Below, one piece after another: positions 6,949 through 15,798 of a DNA stretch of 62,933 nt (its first letter is position 1; each line of letters opens with the position of its first letter). The notes below the pieces were generated by a model. That model was not told where the DNA came from, did not search any database, and saw only the letters and a list, made by a program, of their open reading frames with translations. This stretch comes from Candidatus Omnitrophota bacterium (lineage in GTDB: Bacteria; Omnitrophota; Gorgyraeia; Zapsychrales; Zapsychraceae), in NCBI GenBank assembly GCA_021108075.1, contig JAIORP010000115.1:1-62933 (forward strand), given 5' to 3'. A program made the position numbers and the translations under genes.

Positions 6949-8317
6949 GTCGCCGTTAAGGTCCATTGTTCTTTTTTATCCATCTTGTGGTCGTGGACTA
7001 ATTTTTCTGTCTGTCTTATTGTTCCCCCTGTGCGCGGGGTGCACGACTTCGCGGATGATCCAGTCTGAGATCAATGCTTTGGCCGTGTCTCAAAGGTATG
7101 ATGTCGCCCTCGACATGTTGCAGTCGGAACCTTCTTCCTATGGAACAAACAATAAATTGCTGTATTATCTTGATTATGGTTTAGTGGCCCAATATGATGA
7201 GCAATATCGTAAAAGCATTAAAGCCTTTGAAACAGCTAAAAGGGTTTATGATCAATTGTATACACGTTCATTGTCGAAACAAGCGTCAACCTGGGTCTTG
7301 AATGATACGTTTGATTCATATCGCGCGGAAGATTACGAGCGCGTGATGATGAATATTTTTCAAGCTTTAAATTTTCTTGTGCTGGGAGATTTCGAAGAGG
7401 CCCTGGTTGAAGCCCGCGACGTTGACAGCAAGTTATCCGTAATTAACCGGCAATATCGATCAAAACATAAGAATGTCTACAGTGAAGACGCTTTCGCCCG
7501 ATTATTGGTTGGTATTTTGTACGAGTCATCGTATCAGATGAATGATCTGAATGACGCCTACATTGCTTATAAGAAGGCGTTCCGTGTTTATAACGAACAG
7601 TATCAGCACCAATATCGTGTGAGCAGCCCGCGTATTCTTCAAGAGAATTTGCTTTCCTTGTCCGCTTTGTTTGAGCCCAAAGAGCATCGTCAATTAGTCA
7701 AAGAGTTTCGACAGGCTGACGATATCCCATTGTCGCGTAAACAACAAAATGGTGAAATATATGTCTTTCATTATCATGGCTTGTCACCCCTGAAGCATCC
7801 CATCGAAATCCCGATTCCTTTACCTGATGGATTATGGACGAAGTTATCTTTTCCTCGATATATTCAGCGGAGTCCAAGAGGACGGTCGAATGAAATTCGA
7901 CTTGTCAAATCAGATCGCCATCGGTTTATTTCAAGAACGGAACTCGTTCAGGATATGACTCAAATCGCCATTCAACAACTTGAGAATCGGCGCGTCAGGG
8001 ATGTTGCCAAAGCTGTTTTACGCATCGGCAGCAAATATTATGTCGAAAAGATGCAGCTGAAAAAGATGGAAGACAAGTATGGCGGGAATGCCGCGTTGGC
8101 TTTTCAGAATATGAGTTCATTGTTTAACTTTCTCAGCGAGCAAGCGGACTTGCGTTCCTGGATGACATTGCCGGCAGAGATTTGGTTAGGGCGGATGATT
8201 GTTCCCGAAGGAGAGTATCAGCTTTACTTTAATGGGGAATTTATCAGGCGGGTCTCCGTTCAAAAGGGGCGGAAGTATTTTTATATACACCGCACAATAT
8301 ATGATGGCAGGGATTGA
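6920..8317 (+). CDS. Hypothetical lipoprotein, helical/TPR-like, partner of the LpoB-like gene
   Basis: 465-aa ORF overlapping the upstream stop codon. Candidate lipobox LCAGC. The start is uncertain. Confidence 0.5.
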   Translation: MLRMPGIRYKSPLRSIVLFYPSCGRGLIFLSVLLFPLCAGCTTSRMIQSEINALAVSQRYDVALDMLQSEPSSYGTNNKLLYYLDYGLVAQYDEQYRKSIKAFETAKRVYDQLYTRSLSKQASTWVLNDTFDSYRAEDYERVMMNIFQALNFLVLGDFEEALVEARDVDSKLSVINRQYRSKHKNVYSEDAFARLLVGILYESSYQMNDLNDAYIAYKKAFRVYNEQYQHQYRVSSPRILQENLLSLSALFEPKEHRQLVKEFRQADDIPLSRKQQNGEIYVFHYHGLSPLKHPIEIPIPLPDGLWTKLSFPRYIQRSPRGRSNEIRLVKSDRHRFISRTELVQDMTQIAIQQLENRRVRDVAKAVLRIGSKYYVEKMQLKKMEDKYGGNAALAFQNMSSLFNFLSEQADLRSWMTLPAEIWLGRMIVPEGEYQLYFNGEFIRRVSVQKGRKYFYIHRTIYDGRD

Positions 8318-8603
8318 TGCGGATCTTCGGCTATGCCTTTTAAAAAATGTTTTGAGATCATCGCGCGGGATATTAAAAGTTATGTTAACGGGGTATGGTT
8401 ATAATTGAATTAATTTATGGATAAACAATTGAGTTCCGAGGGATTTTTGATAAAATATTCGTGAACTGAAGATCAGGGCCTATGAAAGATAACAATGATC
8501 AGGAAGGTGTGTTTGTGAATCCCAAGACACTGTCTATTGTCCAAAAGATGGGGCAGAATTGAAATACAAGCAAAAAGAATAATTTGACTTATTTGAGTGA
8601 TAT

Positions 8604-8981
8604 ATGAAGATACTAATTGTTGATGATTCAAGATTAGACCGGACTTTGGTCAGGAATGTGATTAAGAAAGCGGGTTTTACCAATGAAATCATGGAAGCTT
8701 CGGATGGCGAGGAAGGTTTCAGTTTATTAAGTGACCATTTCAATGATATATGTTTAATCCTTTTGGATTGGGAGATGCCAAAAATGAATGGTATCCAGTT
8801 TCTTCAGGCTGTTGGCCGGGTTCCGGCTGTTTCCCATATCCCTGTCATTATGATTTCAGCTTCGGGTTCAGAAAAAAAGAAACAAGAAGCGCATGACGCG
8901 AACCCTCTTCTTGCTGGTTACATTGTGAAGCCATATTCGTCAGAAACATTAATAAATAAAATCGGATTTTTTGTAAAATAA
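8604..8981 (+). CDS. Single-domain response regulator (CheY-like receiver)
   Basis: MKILIVDDS, phospho-acceptor context LLDWEMPKMNG, and the conserved S and KP residues (MISASG, IVKPY). Confidence 0.9.
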   Translation: MKILIVDDSRLDRTLVRNVIKKAGFTNEIMEASDGEEGFSLLSDHFNDICLILLDWEMPKMNGIQFLQAVGRVPAVSHIPVIMISASGSEKKKQEAHDANPLLAGYIVKPYSSETLINKIGFFVK

Positions 8982-8990
8982 ATATGTCAT

Positions 8991-9575
8991 ATGACACTTG
9001 ATATCACAGAGTTTGATCAACTTTATTTGCACTCATTGTTGCTATCCAAAGTTGTGGAGCGCATCCTTCAGCGGAAAGCCAAAATTTATTTATCTGATAA
9101 ACCGGATTTCTCCATTGTCAATATCGTCGACTTCATGCAGAAAATGCGTGTATCTAGTTTAGAGAAATTTGACGTATCAACGTATATTTCCACGGTTAAT
9201 TTTTATCTGACAGAAGAGCAGATGAAAAAGAATAAATCCGTTGGTGCCATTGTCGTTTATATCAGCGAAGATTATGTCGTCAAGTTGTTGAAGAAATTGG
9301 GATATCCGAATTTTGATGAAGATGATGCCGATGTCTTGCGTGATGCCTGTGGAACTTTTTGCAACATTATCGGCGCAAAATTTAAGGAAGGGCTAACACA
9401 GTTGGGCTACCCGGAGTTATTTATGTCTCATTTTTCAAGTTACCGGAATGAGATCGTTAATGGTGTCGACTATGACTCCAACCAAAAACAGAAATATGAA
9501 CTGTCTTTTGAAATCGATGGTCATAAGAGAATTATTATCGATTTGACGCTTGGTTATATTCCTAAGGAATTTTAA
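8991..9575 (+). CDS. CheX-like protein (possible response-regulator phosphatase)
   Basis: DACGTFCNIIGAKFKEGLTQLGYP resembles the CheX E/D-x-x-N-x-I-x-G helix. It lies immediately downstream of a CheY-like gene. Confidence 0.4.
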   Translation: MTLDITEFDQLYLHSLLLSKVVERILQRKAKIYLSDKPDFSIVNIVDFMQKMRVSSLEKFDVSTYISTVNFYLTEEQMKKNKSVGAIVVYISEDYVVKLLKKLGYPNFDEDDADVLRDACGTFCNIIGAKFKEGLTQLGYPELFMSHFSSYRNEIVNGVDYDSNQKQKYELSFEIDGHKRIIIDLTLGYIPKEF

Positions 9576-9823
9576 TCGACCGTTTTTTTACAGCGTTTTA
9601 TCTTTTGAGGTGAGCAGATTTTTTCTTTTACTAAAAAGATATTCCCGGCTACAATATTTGAGTGATCGATTGTGCGCGGATAAGCAATTAATGAAGGTCG
9701 TCTAGAACTGTGAAGCACGTTAATCGCCCTTTATGCCAATATTCCATTTCTGCTAGCGAAGACACTAAAAAATGGAGAGGGGCAATACCCTGAATCCAAC
9801 CAGAACACAAGGAATATGGTAAG

Positions 9824-11335
9824 ATGAGATACTTTAAATATATCTTTTTTATTATTATAATATTTTACTTAGGTACTATGTCTCCACAATGTTTTGGTGA
9901 ACAATCCATTAAGCGTCCGAATGTCAGTGGGCAGTTCTATCCTGCTAGCGCTCTTCAACTTTCATCGCAGATCAAAAAGTTAGTAGATTCAGCGGATATC
10001 GTTCCTTATGACAAGCATGTTGATATTATTATTTCACCCCATGCGGGGTATGTCTATTCTGGCGGTGTTGCCGCCTATGGTTTTAAGGCCGCCAGTCAAA
10101 ATCGCTATAAGACCGTTATTGTTGTGGCCCCCAGTCACCATTTGTCATTTAATGGTATTTCTGTCGGTTTGTATGATGGCATGCAGACTCCATTAGGTGT
10201 TGTTCCTGTCAATAAAGAAATGGCCCAGCAACTGATTGATATGCATGAACTGTTTAATTTTGAGGCCAGGGCCTTTGCCCGGGAACATTCCTTAGAAGTT
10301 GAGATTCCGTTCCTGCAGGAAATATTTCACGACTTTGATATTGTTCCTATTATTACGGGGCAGTTGCGTTTTGAGACAATAGAAATTTTTGCAAAAGCCC
10401 TGGAACGCCTTATTGGTGACCGGAAAGATGTTTTGCTGGTCATCAGTACGGATTTATCGCATTTTCATACTGATCAAGTCGCCCGCAAGAAAGATTTGAA
10501 TGCAATTGATAGTATCAAGAACATGAAGATTGAAGATTTGTGGAATGGGCATGTTAATCAAAAGCAGGAAATGTGCGGTGTCATCCCTGTGCTGACGTCA
10601 TTGGTCTACGCGAAGAATAAGGGATTAGGGACTATTGATGTTTTGAAATATGCTAACTCTGGAGATGTGACAGGGGATAAAGATCGCGTCGTCGGATATA
10701 CGTCTATTGTTATCCATAACAATGAGCCGATAGACCTGAAAGATTCGTTGACAATATCAGAGGGAAATGAAGTGGCTCCGTTAACGATGGAACAGAAGCG
10801 GCGATTAATGGCAATAGCAAAATCAACCATGCATGAATATATTTTGAATGGTCAGACATTAGATTTTAAGGAAACAGATCCCCGTTTTCTCCAGAAAGAA
10901 GGGGCCTTTGTTACGATCCATAAAAAAGGTCGTTTACGCGGCTGTATCGGTCACATTGTTGGACAACAACCGTTATATAAGACTGTTCGAGATATGGCGA
11001 TTTCAGCTGCGACCCAAGACCCCCGTTTCCCGAAAGTAACACCAAAGGAGTTGGACGTGATTGACTTAGAGATATCTGTCCTGTCAATTCCCTGGAGGAT
11101 AAAAGATGTGTCTGAGATTGAGATGGGGAAACATGGTGTTATTGTGAGCAAAGGTTTCTTTAAGCGTGGAGTTTTTTTGCCACAGGTAGCAACAGAAACG
11201 GGATGGTCAAGGGAGGAGTTCCTTTCTCATTTGTGTTCCCAAAAAGCTGGCTTATCTCCGGATGCCTGGAAATATCCAAGTACCATTATTGAGATCTTCA
11301 CCGCGGACGTTTTTTCTGAAAATGATTTGAAATGA
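9824..11335 (+). CDS. Fusion protein: Memo-like (AmmeMemoRadiSam system protein B) plus AMMECR1 (protein A)
   Basis: The N-terminal half has GQFYPAS...ISPHAGYVYSG...VVAPSHH. The C-terminal half has GAFVTIHKKGRLRGCIGH...DPRFP...GVFLPQV. An alternative start at 9878 would remove the hydrophobic N-terminus. Confidence 0.85.
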   Translation: MRYFKYIFFIIIIFYLGTMSPQCFGEQSIKRPNVSGQFYPASALQLSSQIKKLVDSADIVPYDKHVDIIISPHAGYVYSGGVAAYGFKAASQNRYKTVIVVAPSHHLSFNGISVGLYDGMQTPLGVVPVNKEMAQQLIDMHELFNFEARAFAREHSLEVEIPFLQEIFHDFDIVPIITGQLRFETIEIFAKALERLIGDRKDVLLVISTDLSHFHTDQVARKKDLNAIDSIKNMKIEDLWNGHVNQKQEMCGVIPVLTSLVYAKNKGLGTIDVLKYANSGDVTGDKDRVVGYTSIVIHNNEPIDLKDSLTISEGNEVAPLTMEQKRRLMAIAKSTMHEYILNGQTLDFKETDPRFLQKEGAFVTIHKKGRLRGCIGHIVGQQPLYKTVRDMAISAATQDPRFPKVTPKELDVIDLEISVLSIPWRIKDVSEIEMGKHGVIVSKGFFKRGVFLPQVATETGWSREEFLSHLCSQKAGLSPDAWKYPSTIIEIFTADVFSENDLK

Positions 11336-11593
11336 TTTTAATTTTTGACAGGCTGACCAGGATGTTTCAAGATGTTATCTTTTTTTTCTGCAAACAAGCT
11401 AATTTTTTATGATGCCGCAGTCATAAAGTAAACTAACCCACGAATTATGAAATCTTCGTCGATAAAAGGTTCTTCCTTAAGTAAAAAAATAACAAAAAAA
11501 TATTAAAGAATTATTGAAGAGGGTTCTTTGTCTGCTAATATATAAATTGAATCCATCTACCAGTTTATATTATATAATTTTTTAATTTATATT

Positions 11594-14500
11594 ATGATAT
11601 CTAGAAATATATATATAAAAAATAAATTTCTGTTCTTCGCAGTTCTGTTTGTTTTTTCATTTTCTTTAATCTTAGTTGAAAATATTTCTTATGCCGATGA
11701 TATTCAAGCCGTACTGGATTCTGACGATGGATCGAGTGCGTTTTCTATCCAGGATTCTTCTTCAACGGAAGTCATGTCCATTGATTCGAATGGTGCGGTC
11801 ACAACTTCAGACAATATAACTGTTCAGGGCGGGGATGCCACCATTGGGGCCGGCACAACAGCCTATCCCGGACGTTTCATTCTTCATGACGGTGATGGCG
11901 GAGATAGCTTCACGACAACAATACAATCTAATGATGACGTAAATGCCAGTTATATTTTAACATTGCCGACAGACGACGGAAATCAGAACCAGTCATTGTT
12001 GACAGATGGTTCAGGGAATCTATCCTGGGGAGCGCCAACGGGTGGAAGCGGGGCTTATGATCTGAATGGTGAAACGTTAACGATCGACCTGGATGGCGAT
12101 ACATTCTTAGACGCGGCGACAGATGATCAATTGGACATCGCTGTTGGCGGGAGCGATGTTGTCCACTTGACAGGTTCTTCGCTGTATCCTGATATAGATG
12201 GTAGCTTGGATTTGGGTAGCATGACCAATGAATACAAGGATATTTATATCGATGGTACAGCGCATGTTGATTCTTTAAGCGCGGAGCTTGTTAATATTGT
12301 TAGCGGAACGATTGATAATGTGACAATTGGTGGCACGACAGCCGCAGCAGGTACATTTACGAGTTTGTCAACGACTGGCGATGCGACAGTGTCCGGTGGT
12401 GATGTCACGATGGGTGCGGGCACGATCGCGTATCCCGGCCGTTTGATGATGCATGATAATCAAGCCGGTGATTCTTTCACGGTGACGGTCCAAGCGAATG
12501 ACACTATCGCCGCAAGTTTTATTTTAACGCTTCCTGGTGACGATGGATCACAAAACCAGTCATTAATTACGGATGGTCAGGGAAATTTAAGTTGGGGTGC
12601 GCCTTCAGGAGGAACGGGTGCGTATGACCTTAATGGTGCGATTTTAACCATCGATGCTGACGCGGACACATCATTAGACGCCACAACAGATGATCAAATT
12701 GATATCACTATCGGTGGAAGCGATATTGTTCATCTGGTCCCAACGTCCATTTATCCTGAAACAGATGATAGTGTTGATTTAGGTCGTTCATCAAATGAAT
12801 TTCGAGATTTATATATTGATGGTACGGCTCACATTGATTCTTTGTCCTCTGATACCGTGACGATCGACGGCGGTTCAATGAATAATGTGACAATCGGAGG
12901 GACAACCGCAGCAGCTGGATCGTTTACGACTTTAACAGCCAGCACATCATTTGTCACGACCGGGGACGCGACCGTGTCCGGCGGGGATGTGACGGTTGGT
13001 GACGGGACAACGGCGTATCCTGCCCGTTTTGTCATGCACGACAATCAGGCGGGTGATTCGTTTACGATGACGGTACAGGCGAACGATACCATAGCCGCGA
13101 GTTTTATTTTAACGTTCCCTTCGGATGACGGTATATCCGCGCAATCTCTCATTACCGACGGTTCAGGGAATTTGAGCTGGGGCGCGCCTGCCGGAGGGAC
13201 CGGGGCGTATGACTTGAACGGGTCATTATTGACCGTGGATGCTGATGGGGATACGACAATACAGGCGGACACGGATGATCAAATCGATATTCAGGTCGCG
13301 GGCACGGATCAGTTCAGCATCACGGACGGGGCGATCACACCGACCACAGATAATGATATTGACCTGGGAAGTTTGAGCAGTGAGTATAAGGATTTGTATG
13401 TTGATGGTGTTGGATACATTGATTCCGTCTCCGCGGATACCTTGACAGCCACAAATGTGGATTTAGACGTCGGAACGATCGACAATGTAACGATTGGTGG
13501 GACAACAGCCGCGGCCGGAACGTTTACTTCAATTATAGCGAGCACGTCATTTGCCACGACCGGTGACGCGACCGTATCCGGCGGGGATGTGACGGTTGGC
13601 GACGGGACAACAGCTTATGCGGGCCGCATGGTGATGCATGACACCGACGGTGGTGACAGCTTCACGATGACGGTGCAGGCGAACGCGGACATCGGCGCTG
13701 ATTTCATTTTAACCTTACCGGCTAACGATGGAACCTCCGGACAACAATTAACGACTGATGGGGACGGGAATTTAACATGGGATGCGAATGGATCAGGAAG
13801 TTTAGATGATACGTACAATAATGGAAATACGGTTGACGTAGACGGAAGTGCGGTAATGTTGACTGTTAGTGATACAGATAACAATCAGGCTTTGAGTGTC
13901 GTTCAGAATGACGTGACCAATAATCCCGTTGCGATGAGTGTGACGAACGCAGGGACAGGTGATGCCTTGCAACTTATCAATTCTAATGCCGGCACTGTCG
14001 GGCCGACGCTTGTTATGCATCATGATTCCGCGTCACCATCTGATGGCGATGAGGTATCGAGAATTGAATTATCAGGTGATGATAGCGCGGGTGTTCGGAC
14101 TGAGTACGCCAGGATATATTCGTTGGCCAATGATGTGACAGATGGAACAGAAGATGGTGAGCTGATTTTTATGGTCGCTGATGAAGGAACCATCACAGAA
14201 GCTATGCGGATTGATGAGAGTGGTAATTTAGGACTGGGAGAAACCGTCCCTGCGGCAAAGCTTGAAATTGATACTGATGATGGTGATAATGTCGTTGGTT
14301 TAGTTATCGATCAGGATGACGTGACAAACGATATGGTCGCATTACAAATTGAGAATGCTGGTACAGGTGATGATATTTTAATTGTCAATACCGAAGCAGG
14401 TGCAACAGGTGCTGTTCTCACCCTTCAACATGATTCGGTTTCACCGGCTGATGACGACGATATTGGTATCATTGACTTTACTGCTGATGATGATGGTGGT

Positions 14501-15049
14501 ACGGCTTTTGACTTTGGCCGCATTTATGTTGAGTCGAACGATGTCTCGGATGGCACGGAAGACGCAAACATGATTTTTTCCGTAGCGAATGATGGGACTT
14601 TAGAAGAAGTCATTCGCATTGATGAAAGCGCGCAAATTGGTGTGGGGACGTCAACTCCATCCGCAAAATTAGATGTTAACGGCAGTGTAAGTTTATCGGG
14701 CACAGGCAGCGGATTTGATGCCAACAATAATACGATCTATTTCCAAAAACAAGAAGACACGGGGGCAACAGGAGCGGAGACAATTGATTGGCGCAATGGG
14801 AATAAGGTTGAACACACGTTAACCGGTAATGTGACGTATACATTCACGGATCCTTTAGATGTTTGCAATCTGTTGCTAATGTTGAAGCAAGACGGTACAG
14901 GCAGTCAAACCGTGACTTGGCCGGCTGGAGTCCAATGGCCGGGAGGAACCGCCCCGACATTATCAACCTCTGCCAATGCCATTGACATTGTCAGCTTCTA
15001 TTTTGATGGGATCAACTACTACGGTTCTGCCTCCCTTGATTTTCAATAA
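11594..15049 (+). CDS. Secreted tail-fibre-like repeat protein (1151 aa)
   Basis: Signal-peptide-like N-terminus. About 3.6 tandem units of roughly 190-200 aa (GGD[AV]T[IV]G.GT.AYPGR...SWGAP.GG.GAYDLNG...IDNVTIGGTTAAAG). Two units of about 115 aa that end in GxGxxxPxAKL[ED][IV]. Confidence 0.75.
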   Translation: MISRNIYIKNKFLFFAVLFVFSFSLILVENISYADDIQAVLDSDDGSSAFSIQDSSSTEVMSIDSNGAVTTSDNITVQGGDATIGAGTTAYPGRFILHDGDGGDSFTTTIQSNDDVNASYILTLPTDDGNQNQSLLTDGSGNLSWGAPTGGSGAYDLNGETLTIDLDGDTFLDAATDDQLDIAVGGSDVVHLTGSSLYPDIDGSLDLGSMTNEYKDIYIDGTAHVDSLSAELVNIVSGTIDNVTIGGTTAAAGTFTSLSTTGDATVSGGDVTMGAGTIAYPGRLMMHDNQAGDSFTVTVQANDTIAASFILTLPGDDGSQNQSLITDGQGNLSWGAPSGGTGAYDLNGAILTIDADADTSLDATTDDQIDITIGGSDIVHLVPTSIYPETDDSVDLGRSSNEFRDLYIDGTAHIDSLSSDTVTIDGGSMNNVTIGGTTAAAGSFTTLTASTSFVTTGDATVSGGDVTVGDGTTAYPARFVMHDNQAGDSFTMTVQANDTIAASFILTFPSDDGISAQSLITDGSGNLSWGAPAGGTGAYDLNGSLLTVDADGDTTIQADTDDQIDIQVAGTDQFSITDGAITPTTDNDIDLGSLSSEYKDLYVDGVGYIDSVSADTLTATNVDLDVGTIDNVTIGGTTAAAGTFTSIIASTSFATTGDATVSGGDVTVGDGTTAYAGRMVMHDTDGGDSFTMTVQANADIGADFILTLPANDGTSGQQLTTDGDGNLTWDANGSGSLDDTYNNGNTVDVDGSAVMLTVSDTDNNQALSVVQNDVTNNPVAMSVTNAGTGDALQLINSNAGTVGPTLVMHHDSASPSDGDEVSRIELSGDDSAGVRTEYARIYSLANDVTDGTEDGELIFMVADEGTITEAMRIDESGNLGLGETVPAAKLEIDTDDGDNVVGLVIDQDDVTNDMVALQIENAGTGDDILIVNTEAGATGAVLTLQHDSVSPADDDDIGIIDFTADDDGGTAFDFGRIYVESNDVSDGTEDANMIFSVANDGTLEEVIRIDESAQIGVGTSTPSAKLDVNGSVSLSGTGSGFDANNNTIYFQKQEDTGATGAETIDWRNGNKVEHTLTGNVTYTFTDPLDVCNLLLMLKQDGTGSQTVTWPAGVQWPGGTAPTLSTSANAIDIVSFYFDGINYYGSASLDFQ
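11828..13800 (+). repeat. In-frame tandem DNA repeats (units start about 11828, 12395, 12980 and 13580; period 567-600 nt)
   Basis: ggcggggatgtgacggttgg[t/c]gacgggacaac recurs at 12980 and 13580, with diverged copies at 11828 and 12395. Confidence 0.8.
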
Positions 15050-15106
15050 AAAATTAAATTAGAATTAGTACCGTCTTCTAATTGGTAAAAAAGTAGGTGG
15101 TACCTA

Positions 15107-15135
15107 TTGACAATTTAGAGGCCGCTTATTATAAT
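15107..15135 (+). promoter_or_regulatory. Consensus sigma-70 promoter (TTGACA-17-TATAAT) of the Y1 transposase gene
   Basis: ttgaca at 15107-15112, a 17-nt spacer, and tataat at 15130-15135. The ATG at 15142 lies 6 nt after the -10 box. Confidence 0.7.
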
Positions 15136-15141
15136 TGAAAC

Positions 15142-15780
15142 ATGCCAAGGCCCTTGCGATTACAAGACGCCGGTTATATCCATCACGTTATCTGTCGGGG
15201 GAATGACCGAAAAACCATTTTTAAGTCACAGAATGATTTTAAGACCTATCTTGGTCTGATAAATGAAGCCCGCCGTCTCTACCCGATATATCTTTATAAT
15301 TATGTGTTAATGGACAAGCATACTCACCTCCTCCTGGAGCCCAAACAGGATGGGAGTCTGTCTAAATTTATGGAATATATCTCGAAAGGATACGCGAAAT
15401 ATTTTAATAAGAAGTATGATCATGTTGGGCATGTCTTTCAGGGACGGTTTAAAAGTTTTATTGTCCAGAAAGAAAAATATTTTTTCGCCTGCACGCGCTA
15501 TATCGATATGAATCCTGTTAGGGCGAGGCTGGTCAATGATCCAAGCGAATATAACTGGTCTTGTTACAATGTCTTAAGTAAAGGTAAGCGTGCCGAAATT
15601 CAAATTGACCGGCATGATATTTACAAGGAACTCGGCCGCAATAACACCGAACGGCAAATTGCATACAGGGCCTTGATCATCAGTTCTCAAGGCGATGAGT
15701 TGGATTTATTGAATAAAAGAGCTGGGATTCTAGGTGATGCGGACTTTAAGTCGAGGATCAAAAGAAAGACAAAACGATAA
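15142..15780 (+). CDS. IS200/IS605-family Y1 (HUH) transposase of the REP-associated tyrosine transposase (RAYT) type
   Basis: MPRPLRL..GYIHHVICRGNDRKTIF, HUH motif HTHLLLEP, and catalytic-Tyr helix TRYIDMNPVRARLV. Confidence 0.85.
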   Translation: MPRPLRLQDAGYIHHVICRGNDRKTIFKSQNDFKTYLGLINEARRLYPIYLYNYVLMDKHTHLLLEPKQDGSLSKFMEYISKGYAKYFNKKYDHVGHVFQGRFKSFIVQKEKYFFACTRYIDMNPVRARLVNDPSEYNWSCYNVLSKGKRAEIQIDRHDIYKELGRNNTERQIAYRALIISSQGDELDLLNKRAGILGDADFKSRIKRKTKR

Positions 15781-15798
15781 TTTCAAGGTGGCACCTCC

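Noticed and set aside
8590-9666. The shared 12-mer tatttgagtgat at 8590-8601 and 9655-9666, considered as a possible regulatory motif.
   Set aside because: There are only two short AT-rich occurrences. It is more simply explained as decayed termini resembling the repeat end (gatttggtat). The evidence is insufficient for a motif call.
12708-14727. A series of - strand ORFs of 63-89 aa (for example 12829-13044, 13309-13557, 13615-13884) plus one + strand alternate-frame ORF (14382-14573, 63 aa) inside the tail-fibre-like gene.
   Set aside because: They lie antisense or out of frame within a long intact repeat-rich + strand ORF. Their translations are low-complexity mirrors of the G/T/D-rich repeats, and they lack ribosome-binding sites. 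They are artefacts of repeat composition.
15095-15796. The 11-mers aggtggtacct (15095-15105) and aggtggcacct (15786-15796) flanking the Y1 transposase gene, considered as possible IS ends or subterminal hairpins.
   Set aside because: Each can form only a 4-bp stem. The downstream copy coincides with the Shine-Dalgarno sequence (aaggtgg) of the giant gene. A 10/11 match of SD-like sequence is weak evidence. It is noted under the transposase finding but not called as a feature.
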